DNA from: Exiguobacterium marinum DSM 16307
GTDB taxonomy: Bacteria; Bacillota; Bacilli; Exiguobacteriales; Exiguobacteriaceae
Direction of reading: 5' to 3'
Assembly: GCF_000620845.1 (NCBI RefSeq)
Contig: NZ_KK211189.1
Coordinates: 2,053,878-2,077,877, forward strand
DNA length: 24,000 nucleotides
Shown: positions 9,428 through 17,532 of the stretch, in pieces
How the letters are laid out: each line of letters opens with the position of its first letter
Position numbering within the stretch: the stretch's first letter is position 1
Program-made: the position numbers and the translations under genes
Notes under the pieces: model-generated
Database searches by the model: none
What the model saw: only the letters and a program-made list of their open reading frames with translations
Told to the model about the DNA's origin: nothing

Positions 9428-10413
9428 TGCTCTTCCTCCTTCACACGGTGAAGCACTTGCACAGCCATTCGCTTCCCGCTCACACCGACTTGCCCTTTAA
9501 ATACTTTATTTTCTCCCACCATGACGGATAGAGGTTCTTTCGCTAATTGATCAAGTGCCAAACAATCTCCAACTTCTAGATGCAGTAAATCTCCAAACGT
9601 AATTGTCGTCTCACCGAGTAAAGAGACAACCTCGACCGCCGAGTTCATCAACTGGGCTTTGAGCGGTTCTTTACTCGATTCGCTCGCATTCCGACGATTC
9701 GCTTCCTGCATCCAATAATGACTCGAGAGTTTGGATAAAACAGGTTCGATTGTCACGAATGGGAGACAGACGTTGATTGTCCCACTCACTTCCCCAATCG
9801 TCACTCCAATCGAGATCAACACGACCGTCTCGTTTGGTGAAACGAGTTGCAAGAACTGCGGATTCACTTCAACAGCAGACATTTCTGCTTTAATCTCTGC
9901 AATCGATTCCCATGCATCCCCATAACTTGAAAAGGCACGCTTGTACAATTGCGTCAAAATCCGCATCTCGATTTCAGTGAACGATTCGATTTTATCCACC
10001 TCGACACCCGGGCCACCAAGTAAGCGGTCTAACATCGCATACGAAATGTTCGGGTTGACCTCGATGATGAACCGACCGTTGAGCGGTGGCGCTTCAATCA
10101 AGTTGATCATCGTCATACTCGGAATAGAATGAATGAATTCATCGTACGGTAATTGTTCGACCGAGTTGACCGAAAATTGAACATATGTGCGAAGCTGGGC
10201 CGAGAAAAATGTCGTTAACATGCGAGTGAAGTGCTCGTGAATCCGAGTTAAACTACGAATTTGATCTTTAGAAAATCGAACGGCTCGCTTGAAGTCGTAT
10301 TGTCGAACTTTTTTCTCTTCCTCTTGTGCGAGAAAGGAATCCGCTTCGACATCCCCACTGCTTAGAGCAGATAGTAAGGCATCAATTTCTTGTTGAGACA
10401 GTACTTCTCCCAT
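9424..10413 (-). CDS. fliM: Flagellar motor switch protein FliM
   Basis: 329 aa with the N-terminal LSQQEIDALL CheY-P binding motif, a FliM middle domain and a C-terminal FliN-like domain. SD GAGGTGG upstream of ATG 10413. Confidence 0.96.
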   Translation of the reverse strand: MGEVLSQQEIDALLSALSSGDVEADSFLAQEEEKKVRQYDFKRAVRFSKDQIRSLTRIHEHFTRMLTTFFSAQLRTYVQFSVNSVEQLPYDEFIHSIPSMTMINLIEAPPLNGRFIIEVNPNISYAMLDRLLGGPGVEVDKIESFTEIEMRILTQLYKRAFSSYGDAWESIAEIKAEMSAVEVNPQFLQLVSPNETVVLISIGVTIGEVSGTINVCLPFVTIEPVLSKLSSHYWMQEANRRNASESSKEPLKAQLMNSAVEVVSLLGETTITFGDLLHLEVGDCLALDQLAKEPLSVMVGENKVFKGQVGVSGKRMAVQVLHRVKEEEQ

Positions 10414-10422
10414 GATGCCACC

Positions 10423-10875
10423 TCACTGAATAATTTTCTTCGTCATATAGACGCGTTGGACTTCACCTTCTTCAAGCAGTCCGTTAAGTTGTTCTCGTAA
10501 TGTTTGTTCGAACTTTTGCATATCTTCTTTCGTCGTCAACTGTGCTTTGGTCATGCCAGCCAAATCGCCAAGAATAACGTTATGAACTTGGAACTTGCGC
10601 AGTTCTAAATTCTCTTTTGTTTCAGCTGCATCAGTGACAATCGTAAATTGAACGTTGATGAAACGCTCGTCTTGAATGTTTGTCGTCATATCATCTGTCA
10701 TGAAACTACGTTCCGCCAACTCTTCAGCCGTGACCGGTTTCGTTTTAGCAGTGACGTTATCACCGAAGACGTATTTGTAGGTCATGAACCCGGCTCCGCC
10801 CATGACGAGCAGGACGACTAGCAAGATAATCACGACCTTCAGGCCGCCACCTTTTTTCTTTTCTTCTTCACTCAT
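10423..10875 (-). CDS. fliL: Flagellar basal-body-associated protein FliL
   Basis: Lys-rich N-terminus, a single TM helix (LKVVIILLVVLLVMGGAGFMTY) and a FliL periplasmic-type domain. The track start is GTG 10884. I prefer ATG 10875 (MSEEEKKK), which has SD GAGGTG 6 nt upstream. Confidence 0.9.
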   Translation of the reverse strand: MSEEEKKKGGGLKVVIILLVVLLVMGGAGFMTYKYVFGDNVTAKTKPVTAEELAERSFMTDDMTTNIQDERFINVQFTIVTDAAETKENLELRKFQVHNVILGDLAGMTKAQLTTKEDMQKFEQTLREQLNGLLEEGEVQRVYMTKKIIQ

Positions 10876-11086
10876 CTTCTTCACCTCTTGTGAACATCGT
10901 TCCGACTAAACCAATTGAGCGGTAAAAGACTTCGGTTCGTTCAATGATTTGGTCTTTCGTTTCTTTCACGAGATACGTTTTGCCATTAAACAATTGGATA
11001 ATCGTGTCGGGCTCTGCTTTCACCGTTTCGATGAGCAGGGCGTTGAGCACGAACTCCTCACCTCGAAATGCCGTGACGCGAATCAT
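10868..11086 (-). CDS. flbD: FlbD-family flagellar protein (SwrD/YlzI homolog)
   Basis: 72 aa (MIRVTAFRGEEFVLNALLIETVKAEPDTIIQLFNGKTYLVKETKDQIIERTEVFYR), a typical FlbD sequence, located between flgE and fliL. Its ATG shares one base with the flgE TGA (TGATG). Confidence 0.88.
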   Translation of the reverse strand: MIRVTAFRGEEFVLNALLIETVKAEPDTIIQLFNGKTYLVKETKDQIIERTEVFYRSIGLVGTMFTRGEEDE

Positions 11087-11976
11087 CAGCGTTTCAAGTT
11101 AACGAGCTCTTGAAGAATCTCGTCTGAAGTTGTAATAATACGTGTATTCGCCTGGAAACCACGTTGTGCCACAATCATTTCCGTGAACTCTTCAGAGAGG
11201 TCAACGTTTGACATTTCAAGCGCACCGGAGACGAGTGTTCCTCTACCTTCTGCCCCCGGGACTCCAATCTGCGGTACACCTGAGTTTTGTGATTCAGAAA
11301 AGTTGTTTGCCCCAGTCTTTGAAAGACCTGCATTGTTCGCAAAGTTTGCTGTGACAATATAACCCGCAACTTGTAATTTACCTGCATCATCTACAAAGCT
11401 GACTTTACCGTCTTTTGCAACCGAAATCGCTTTGGCAGTTGGAGGAATCTGAATACGGCCATATCCATCTGCTGGACCAGGAGTTACCGTTGGATCGTAT
11501 GGTGCAATTGCGGTTTCAACAGAATTAAGTGGTGGAGTTCCAGCTGGTGGTGTCGCTGTACGAGAAGCTAGTAAGAACGTCCCGTCCCCAGTGACAAGGT
11601 TTCCATCATTGTCAGTATAAAAGTTACCTGCACGAGTATATTGGAATCCATTTTCAGTTCGTGTTACATAAAAACCTTCACCTGAAATTCCAACATCAAG
11701 GGCACGCCCTGTATTTTGCATGGCCCCTTGGTTGTACACGTTATCGACCGTTGCCATCGTACCACCTAGTCCGATTTCTTTCGGGTTAATCCCCCCTGCA
11801 GTCGTTCCGTTACCACCCGATGCACTACCAACTTGCTGACTGACGAGGTCTTTGAACGTGACGCGACCTTTTTTATATCCGAACGTGTTGACGTTGGCGA
11901 TGTTGTTCCCGACGACGTCTAGCTTTGATTGGAAGTTCTTCAATCCACTGATTCCTGAGTACATTGCTCTTAACAT
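11086..11976 (-). CDS. flgE: Flagellar hook protein FlgE (compact Firmicute type)
   Basis: 296 aa with the N-terminal rod/hook motif GISGLKNFQSKLDVVGNNIANVNTFGYKK and the conserved C-terminus EMSNVDLSEEFTEMIVAQRGFQANTRIITTSDEILQELVNLKR. Confidence 0.95.
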   Translation of the reverse strand: MLRAMYSGISGLKNFQSKLDVVGNNIANVNTFGYKKGRVTFKDLVSQQVGSASGGNGTTAGGINPKEIGLGGTMATVDNVYNQGAMQNTGRALDVGISGEGFYVTRTENGFQYTRAGNFYTDNDGNLVTGDGTFLLASRTATPPAGTPPLNSVETAIAPYDPTVTPGPADGYGRIQIPPTAKAISVAKDGKVSFVDDAGKLQVAGYIVTANFANNAGLSKTGANNFSESQNSGVPQIGVPGAEGRGTLVSGALEMSNVDLSEEFTEMIVAQRGFQANTRIITTSDEILQELVNLKR

Positions 11977-11993
11977 TATATTTCCCCCTACGC

Positions 11994-12422
11994 TTATTTG
12001 ATGGAAGTGATATCGTATACGCTGACTGACGTGCCGTCTTCAAGATCGGCCATATACCCTGTTAAATCATTTCGAGAGATTGAGACAACGCGACCTGACC
12101 CTTTTGTCGTCTCTTCGCTCGTTTCTGATGTGAAGTCGATTGTTTTACCAATCATGCTACTGTATTCAGAAATCGATGACATATGGCGGTCAACGAGGAC
12201 AGAGTCAAGTTGTTTCGAAATCGTTTGCATCTGTTCGAGTGAAGAGAATTGCGCCATCTGTGCGATGAATTCACGGTCTTCCATCGGCGACATCGGGTCC
12301 TGGTTCGCGATTTGAGCGAGTAACAATTTCATGAACATGTCTTTGTCGTATTGATTCGTCGCTTTTGGAAGCGACTGGTCTGGCAATGTATAATCATTCG
12401 TCTTCGGCTGGATGCTCGTCAT
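11994..12422 (-). CDS. flgD: Flagellar hook assembly/capping protein FlgD
   Basis: FlgD N-domain motif [39 protein letters not shown]. The track start 12506 lies inside fliK. ATG 12422 (MTSIQPK...) follows SD AAAGGAGGATCTGAAG-ATG and gives 142 aa. Confidence 0.93.
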   Translation of the reverse strand: MTSIQPKTNDYTLPDQSLPKATNQYDKDMFMKLLLAQIANQDPMSPMEDREFIAQMAQFSSLEQMQTISKQLDSVLVDRHMSSISEYSSMIGKTIDFTSETSEETTKGSGRVVSISRNDLTGYMADLEDGTSVSVYDITSIK

Positions 12423-13479
12423 CTTCAGATCCTCCTTTCGGCTGTTCGTTAGGTTGTTCCTGGTCCGGTTGCTCAGAACCTTCTGACGTGCCCGACTTCG
12501 AATCAAGAGCTTGTTGTGTCAAGTTGACCTCAACCCGAACGTTTTGAGAATGAGGTGCCAATGTTTGCTGCAACTGTTGGACTTGCGACTGAATCAGTTG
12601 CTTCGCCTCTTGGCTACTTGCAAACATTTTGACGACAAGCTCCCCGTTCTTCCGTTCCAACTTGACGACAAGTTCTCCAAGTTGCTCCGGATATAGCCTC
12701 ACGGTGAACACTTTTGAACCATCCGCCCCACTTTTGAACGGTGCCTTTTGAAGAGCCGCTTCAATCCGAGCTTGTAAGTTTTCAGGAAGTGACCCTTTTG
12801 AAGCATACATGACGGTATCCACATCAATTTGTGGTCTCGACCAGTTCATTCCTTTCGGCATCCAGTCGACATTACTTGACTGAAGTGCAGGTTTTGCTAT
12901 TTTTACGGTTTCAACATTCGTCATTACGGGAACTTCTTTCATTGTGCCCTCGCCTGGACCTTTATGTTGCGTGATGATCCGCTGAATCGTTTGAACATGC
13001 TTTGCAAGTTCTTGATTCGGAACAGGTTGAGTGACTGGAACATGTGGCGTTTGACCAGCTGCTTCTTTTTGGTTCATTACATTGATTGATGAGCTAGCCT
13101 GCGTAATCACCGGTAAAACCGAAGACGAGAGCGTCTCAGCTTCTTGTGAAGAATTGGACAATTGCCCGAGTAATCCTACATACGCATCCATAAACGTACG
13201 ATACGCATCTTGCGGTAATGACTTAAGCCAATCCAACGTGTCAGGTTTTTGAAACCATGACTCGAGTTCCTTAGCCATCTTTTCAAGGTCGACCGCTGCT
13301 TCAGGAAGCGCGCCTTCTTCAAGATGAGGAAGTGCTGTTTGCTCTCCAGAGCCTTGCGTCGAACCGAGCATCGCCGACAGGAGGTCTAGAAAGCCGCCTG
13401 CACTCTGCGACTCACCTTCCGCAACTCCGGCTCGAGCCGTTGATCCTTGAATGGCTTGTGTCAATAAAGCGATATTCAA
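12394..13479 (-). CDS. fliK: Flagellar hook-length control protein FliK
   Basis: 361 aa with a low-complexity Q/S/P-rich N-terminal half and a C-terminal Flg_hook domain ([52 protein letters not shown]). TTG start at 13479 with SD AAAGGGAGGG 6 nt upstream. It sits between ylxF and flgD. Confidence 0.88.
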   Translation of the reverse strand: MNIALLTQAIQGSTARAGVAEGESQSAGGFLDLLSAMLGSTQGSGEQTALPHLEEGALPEAAVDLEKMAKELESWFQKPDTLDWLKSLPQDAYRTFMDAYVGLLGQLSNSSQEAETLSSSVLPVITQASSSINVMNQKEAAGQTPHVPVTQPVPNQELAKHVQTIQRIITQHKGPGEGTMKEVPVMTNVETVKIAKPALQSSNVDWMPKGMNWSRPQIDVDTVMYASKGSLPENLQARIEAALQKAPFKSGADGSKVFTVRLYPEQLGELVVKLERKNGELVVKMFASSQEAKQLIQSQVQQLQQTLAPHSQNVRVEVNLTQQALDSKSGTSEGSEQPDQEQPNEQPKGGSEDDEHPAEDE

Positions 13480-13501
13480 TGTTGGCCCTCCCTTTTCATG
13501 T

Positions 13502-14068
13502 TCATTGGAGAAGCTGCGTCACAACCGCAGCTTGCTGTGCGTTCATACGCCCTAAAATATCCGCCTGCTGTTTAGGAGATAATTCCTTTAACAGGTCAGC
13601 TACCTGCGGGCTCTCTAGCTCGCCCATGATTGCTGCAGCCTGTTTGGCAGACATTTCTTCATAGACACTGGCAACATCGGATGAGGTTTCATCTTCTTTA
13701 GTCGCTGCTTCAAGCTCAGAGGTGAGACGATCTCGTTCGCGAATCAAATCGGTAATTTCTTCTTGTCTCGCTTTTACTTCGTTCGTCAATTCAACATTCT
13801 CATTCCGTAATTTTTCAATCTCACTGTTCGCCGCTTTCAAGCGATTCGTTGTTTCTGAATCGATTCCCGTCACATTGACTTGAGTCTCAGACGTTTTAGT
13901 TTCCCCCGTCTTTTCGTCATTCTTTACTTCTAGTAAGGGAACAGATAACAGTGGACGGTCCATCGCATAGTTCATGACGACGATTCCGCCAACTAAAATG
14001 AAAATCGCTGGGATGAGGACCAACGCCACAATCATTTGCTTGCCTCGTTTATTGTTCTCTTTTGCCAT
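13502..14068 (-). CDS. ylxF: YlxF/MotE-like flagellar operon protein (TM helix, coiled coil and MgtE_N-like domain)
   Basis: N-terminal TM helix (MIVALVLIPAIFILVGGIVVMNY), a coiled coil (EIEKLRNENVELTNEVKARQEEITDLIRERDRLTSELE) and a C-terminal MgtE_N-like helical repeat (MSAKQAAAIMGELESPQVADLLKELSPKQQADILGRMNAQQAA). It sits between fliJ and fliK. The track start is 14086. ATG 14068 (MAKENNKRGK) has SD-like AAAGGGAAG upstream. Confidence 0.7.
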   Translation of the reverse strand: MAKENNKRGKQMIVALVLIPAIFILVGGIVVMNYAMDRPLLSVPLLEVKNDEKTGETKTSETQVNVTGIDSETTNRLKAANSEIEKLRNENVELTNEVKARQEEITDLIRERDRLTSELEAATKEDETSSDVASVYEEMSAKQAAAIMGELESPQVADLLKELSPKQQADILGRMNAQQAAVVTQLLQ

Positions 14069-14069
14069 G

Positions 14070-14504
14070 CTACTTCCCTTTCCCATGATGAATCACAGCA
14101 AGTTCGTCCATCATTTGTTGCTCTGTAAGTTTTGCCACTGTCATCTCATGCAGGCTGGCTTTTTCATGTAGTGTCACATATTTCTTTTCTTCCACCACTT
14201 TGCCGAGCAATCGCTCTTGCGATACATGATAGCGATTGCGCGCTTGTTGAACGACGAGCTGTTGCGTCTCGATTTGACGTTTCACTTGTTCTCGTGTTTT
14301 TTCACGATATTGCGACATGAGGAGATCGATTCTTCCAGATTGTTCATCTTGATGTTTAATCAATGCTTCATACATTAAGAGGAGATCATATAACTTCTCC
14401 ATCTCCGTTTCGAGTTTCGATTTCAACCCTCTTACTTCTAAGGCAGCATCTTCTTTCTCATGTTCAGCTATAGGCATGATTCGTTCTAATATGAGTCTAT
14501 TCAT
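14070..14504 (-). CDS. fliJ: Flagellar export chaperone/stalk protein FliJ
   Basis: 144-aa all-coiled-coil protein directly downstream of fliI (ATGA overlap). The N-terminus aligns by eye with B. subtilis FliJ (ERIMPIAEHEKEDAAL vs QKLLELKENEKDQSL, recalled from memory). Confidence 0.85.
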   Translation of the reverse strand: MNRLILERIMPIAEHEKEDAALEVRGLKSKLETEMEKLYDLLLMYEALIKHQDEQSGRIDLLMSQYREKTREQVKRQIETQQLVVQQARNRYHVSQERLLGKVVEEKKYVTLHEKASLHEMTVAKLTEQQMMDELAVIHHGKGK

Positions 14505-15820
14505 GATTCACCTCGCGCGATATGTGACAAGTGGCCCATCGTCTGTTCAAATGCGGCGTCTTCCTCAATCGATTGCTTCAAGAACGTCAATAAGAATGGA
14601 TACTTCTCAATTGCCGTATCGATTGCTGGATTGGTCCCTTTTTTATATGCACCGATATTAATCAAATCTTCTGCATCGATATAAGTTGCTAACCAGCTAC
14701 GGAATGTTTGAGCCGCTTCCCGATGTACAGGAGACGCGATTTGATTCATGACCCGGCTAATCGACTTTAAGACATGGATCGCAGGAAACTGTCCACGGTT
14801 CGCAAGCGAACGGTCCATGACAAAGTGTCCATCTAATATCCCTCGCACCGCATCAGCGATCGGTTCATTCATATCATCCCCATCGACAAGCACCGTATAA
14901 AACGCCGTGATTGATCCGCTGGCTGCGGTACCACTCCGTTCTAGCAGTTGTGGCAACATGGCGAATACAGACGGTGTATACCCTTTAGATGTCGGTGGTT
15001 CACCGGTTGCGAGTCCAATTTCACGCTGCGCCATCGCAAAACGTGTCACCGAGTCCATCATGAGAACCACTTCTTTTCCTTGGTCGCGGAAATACTCTGC
15101 AATCGCGGTAGCCGTGTATGCACCCTTCAAGCGGACAAGCGGTGGCTGATCACTCGTCGCTACAATCACGACGGATCGAGCCATTCCTTCCGGTCCAAGC
15201 TCTTTTTCGATGAACTCTTTCACTTCTCGCCCACGTTCTCCAATGAGTGCAATGACATTAATGTCAGCAGAAGAACGTTTGGCAATCATCCCGAGCAACG
15301 TCGACTTTCCTACGCCAGACCCGGCAAATAATCCGACACGTTGACCTTTCCCGACGGTCAAAAGACCATCAATCATGCGGACACCGGTCGATAGAGCTTC
15401 TAAAATCCTCGGTCGATTCAATGGGTTCGGCGGTTTGCGTTGAACGTCGTAACGTTTTCCGGTCACGAGTTGCTCACCGGATAAGGGCCGTCCTAAACCG
15501 TCGAGTACTTGTCCGATCAGTTCTGCGCCTACAGGAACTTGAAGCATCTTCCCTGTCCCTTTTACAAGACAACCTGGTGCGATTTGGATAGTTTCACCGT
15601 ATGGCATGAGAAGAACACGCTCTTCATTGAAGCCAACCACTTCTGCTTCAACCGTTTCATTTGAAGGAAGGACAATCAAACATCGTTCCCCGACAAACGC
15701 GCTCGGTCCATTTGATTCAATCATCAATCCGACGACCCGACAGACTCTGCCGATTTTACGCGTATACTCGCCATCTGCGGACTGCTTGATTGATTCGATG
15801 ACCTGTTCAATAAGCGCCAT
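14501..15820 (-). CDS. fliI: Flagellum-specific export ATPase FliI
   Basis: 439 aa, F1/V1-ATPase beta-like, with Walker A GSGVGKST and Walker B VVLMMDSVTR. SD GGAGG 9 nt upstream of ATG 15820. Confidence 0.97.
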   Translation of the reverse strand: MALIEQVIESIKQSADGEYTRKIGRVCRVVGLMIESNGPSAFVGERCLIVLPSNETVEAEVVGFNEERVLLMPYGETIQIAPGCLVKGTGKMLQVPVGAELIGQVLDGLGRPLSGEQLVTGKRYDVQRKPPNPLNRPRILEALSTGVRMIDGLLTVGKGQRVGLFAGSGVGKSTLLGMIAKRSSADINVIALIGERGREVKEFIEKELGPEGMARSVVIVATSDQPPLVRLKGAYTATAIAEYFRDQGKEVVLMMDSVTRFAMAQREIGLATGEPPTSKGYTPSVFAMLPQLLERSGTAASGSITAFYTVLVDGDDMNEPIADAVRGILDGHFVMDRSLANRGQFPAIHVLKSISRVMNQIASPVHREAAQTFRSWLATYIDAEDLINIGAYKKGTNPAIDTAIEKYPFLLTFLKQSIEEDAAFEQTMGHLSHIARGES

Positions 15821-16532
15821 CCGCTAAAACCTCCTCGATTTTGGCTTGGATGCGTTCGAAGCTGTACGATAAATCGACTTCATTTCCACGATGTGGCGAT
15901 TCAATTCGAATAGCTGTTTCGTCAAGCGATCCATCTCCACGATACTTAAGAGGCGGTGTCTCGTCTGTCCGCCACATCGATTCGAATTGCTGAATCGATG
16001 CGAGTCGGGTCGGATGTACAAAGATTGTGAGTGATTCGGCGTCAATTAGGTGTGACATCTGTTCACGAATCATCGTCGCAAACAACTCTTCATCTTTTCG
16101 AACAAGATCCGTTGTCACATGAGCACTGACTGAAACGGCCAATTCAATCAGCTGTTCTTCCGCTTGCCTCCATTTTTCTTCAAACAAGAGTTCGAGCTCG
16201 GTCGAAACGGAATTTAAACGCGTCGTGATGTCTTCAAACTCCGCCAGTCCATCCTGTCTCCCTTGAAGAAGGCCAGCTTGATACCCTTCTGAACGGGCTT
16301 CTTCAAACGCTTGTTGTTTCAAACGTTCTAATTGCTCTACTTCTGTCAGTTGAAACTGTTGAAATGCTTCTTCATCCTGTTTCAGCTTCTCGTAGCGCGA
16401 CTCGATGACTTGATGATGGTCGATGTGATCGGTCGGTTCAATAACGGGTGTTTCTAATCGTTTGGATTCAATCCGTTGCGGAATGTTCGACATTGCACGT
16501 TGACGTTTGATTACATTAGACAACGATGTCAT
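15807..16532 (-). CDS. fliH: Flagellar assembly protein FliH (regulator of FliI)
   Basis: Acidic coiled-coil N-terminal half and a FliH C-terminal domain, located between fliG and fliI. The track start is GTG 16541. ATG 16532 (MTSLSNVIKRQ) is preceded by GAGGTGGAGGAG. It overlaps the fliG 3' end by 17 nt. Confidence 0.88.
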   Translation of the reverse strand: MTSLSNVIKRQRAMSNIPQRIESKRLETPVIEPTDHIDHHQVIESRYEKLKQDEEAFQQFQLTEVEQLERLKQQAFEEARSEGYQAGLLQGRQDGLAEFEDITTRLNSVSTELELLFEEKWRQAEEQLIELAVSVSAHVTTDLVRKDEELFATMIREQMSHLIDAESLTIFVHPTRLASIQQFESMWRTDETPPLKYRGDGSLDETAIRIESPHRGNEVDLSYSFERIQAKIEEVLADGAY

Positions 16533-17532
16533 CTCCTCCACCTCGGCTGATTACAATCTCGCCGACATCCTCTAGGCGGCGAATGATTCCGACGATGCGG
16601 CTCTGCGCCTCTTCCACGTCACGCAATCGCACTGGCCCCATGAATTCCATGTCTTCTTTGAACGTTTCGACCATCCGTTGTGACATGTTTTTGAAGATGA
16701 TTTGTTTTACTTCTTCTGAAGACACTTTGAGTGCTAACAACAAATCATCGTTCGCCACTTCACGGATGATTCGTTGAATCGCACGAGAGTCGAGTGTGAC
16801 GATATCTTCGAATACGAACATGCGTTTCTTGATTTCTTCTGCGAGCTCTGGGTCTTCGATTTCGAGCGCATCGAGAATCGTGCGTTCCGTCGTCCGGTCG
16901 ACACCATTCAACACTTCGACAACCGCCTCAATACCACCCGACTGGGCATAATCTTGCATATCCGTTTGCGAGAGGTTCTTTTCAAGAATTTGTTCCACTT
17001 CATGAATAACGTCAGGATTGAGTCGATCCATCGTCGCAATCCGTTTTGCTACTTCCGATTGAATCTCAGGCGGTAGCTCCGATAATATCTGGCCTGACTT
17101 GACCGGTTCTAAATGGGCTAATATCAATGCAATCGTCTGTGGATGTTCATTTTGTATAAAGTTCAGTAACTGTTTCGGGTCTGCTTTTCGTGCAAACTCG
17201 AACGGTCGTACTTGTAAGGTCGATGTTAGACGATGAATCAATGCCATCGCTTTATCTTCACCAACGGCCTTCTCAAGGACCGTTTTCGCAAATCCGATCC
17301 CACCTTGAGTGATGTAGCTTTGTGCCATGGCGAGCTCATGGAACTCACCGAGAATGCTATCTTTTTCTTCCGGGGACACTTTTTTTAACGCTGAAATTTG
17401 AAGCGTCAGTTGTTCCATCTCTTCTTCAGAAAGATGCTTATAGACGTTCGCCGCCACTTCCGGTCCCAGGGAAATCATGAGCATCGCTGCTTTTTCGCGA
17501 TTCGATTGTTTTGCATAATTCACGTTACTCAC
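16516..17532 (-). CDS. fliG: Flagellar motor switch protein FliG
   Basis: 338 aa with FliG hallmarks: KAAMLMISLGPEVAANVYKHL, EHPQTIALILAHL, the MFVFEDI motif and the C-terminal torque helix region. GTG 17532 overlaps the fliF stop (GTGA). GTG 17523, which has a better-spaced SD, is an alternative start. Confidence 0.96.
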   Translation of the reverse strand: MSNVNYAKQSNREKAAMLMISLGPEVAANVYKHLSEEEMEQLTLQISALKKVSPEEKDSILGEFHELAMAQSYITQGGIGFAKTVLEKAVGEDKAMALIHRLTSTLQVRPFEFARKADPKQLLNFIQNEHPQTIALILAHLEPVKSGQILSELPPEIQSEVAKRIATMDRLNPDVIHEVEQILEKNLSQTDMQDYAQSGGIEAVVEVLNGVDRTTERTILDALEIEDPELAEEIKKRMFVFEDIVTLDSRAIQRIIREVANDDLLLALKVSSEEVKQIIFKNMSQRMVETFKEDMEFMGPVRLRDVEEAQSRIVGIIRRLEDVGEIVISRGGGDDIVV

